A stretch of 32,000 bases of DNA, taken from NCBI GenBank assembly GCA_030665885.1, contig DAOUYY010000002.1, positions 5,537 to 37,536 on the forward strand, given 5' to 3'. Position numbers and translations under genes: made by a program. The DNA comes from Fidelibacterota bacterium. GTDB taxonomy: Bacteria; Fidelibacterota; UBA2242. Each line of letters opens with the position of its first letter. Position 1 is the first letter of the stretch. Below are positions 31,741 through 32,000 of the stretch, one piece after another. A model generated the notes under the pieces. The model saw only the letters and a list, made by a program, of their open reading frames with translations. It did not search any database and was not told where the DNA came from.

Positions 31741-32000
31741 TCATCATTTCCTACCTGCCACCCATTATTAACGGGGAGGTCTGTATGGAACCGTGAGTAC
31801 TTCCCCGGCTCACTCTCCACCGAAAGTTCTCCTCCATGCTCTTTTATTAGTCCGTAACTAACCGAAAGCCCCAGTCCCGTGCCAATATCTCTTGGTTTTG
31901 TTGTAAAGAACGGATCAAATATTCGTTCAATTACATCCTCTTGCATACCAACGCCATGGTCTTCTATGGTAGTTCTTATCCAATCTACACCATCCTTCTC
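31737..32000 (-). CDS. Sensor histidine kinase, C-terminal HATPase_c portion; the gene starts beyond the window end
   Basis: The frame is open to the window edge and reads EKDGVDWIRTTIEDHGVGMQEDVIERIFDPFFTTKPRDIGTGLGLSVSYGLIKEHGGELSVESEPGKYSRF. This covers the G1 (DxGxG), F and G2 (GTGLGL) boxes. Confidence 0.9.
   Translation of the reverse strand, partial: EKDGVDWIRTTIEDHGVGMQEDVIERIFDPFFTTKPRDIGTGLGLSVSYGLIKEHGGELSVESEPGKYSRFHTDLPVNNGWQVGNDD

Overview
The window is a single flagellar and motility supercluster from a visibly AT-rich bacterium. Every credible gene lies on the minus strand, and most neighbours are separated by 0-12 nt or overlap, which suggests translational coupling. Read in the direction of transcription (high to low coordinates), the content is as follows. 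(1) The 3' end of a histidine kinase. (2) A hairpin-rich repeat region. (3) A regulatory and chemotaxis-like block: REC-PAS-DHp protein, CheD, HDOD, CheY, CheX, a second HDOD, a decayed REC remnant, a 98-aa ORF, FapA/DUF342, a REC-GAF-degenerate-GGDEF protein, a REC-coiled-coil protein and a sigma-54 enhancer-binding response regulator. (4) The structural cluster: flgB, flgC, a 96-aa ORF, fliE, fliF, fliG, fliH, fliI, fliJ, a ylxF-like gene, fliK, flgD, a TIGR02530-like gene, flgE, motA, motB, fliL, fliM, fliN(Y), fliO, fliP, fliQ, fliR, flhB and the start of flhA. This order resembles the Firmicute, Spirochaete and Thermotoga type of fla superoperon. The core is ordinary. The most interesting signal is regulatory. 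Three intergenic regions, upstream of flgB, fliL and the second HDOD gene, each carry the same two-part module. Each has a sigma-54-like element TGGCAT-N5-TTGA, with about 145-325 bp further upstream a perfect 13-bp palindrome GGAAAT-N-ATTTCC, a candidate enhancer for the adjacent EBP. Secondary observations are: a complete cheY whose only plausible start codon is ATA; a frameshifted REC remnant; a MORN-repeat pseudogene on the opposite strand inside the flgB control region; small uncharacterised ORFs embedded in the cluster; two unrelated families of intergenic repeats; and several degenerate signalling domains. No CRISPR array, tRNA, rRNA or transposase was seen.
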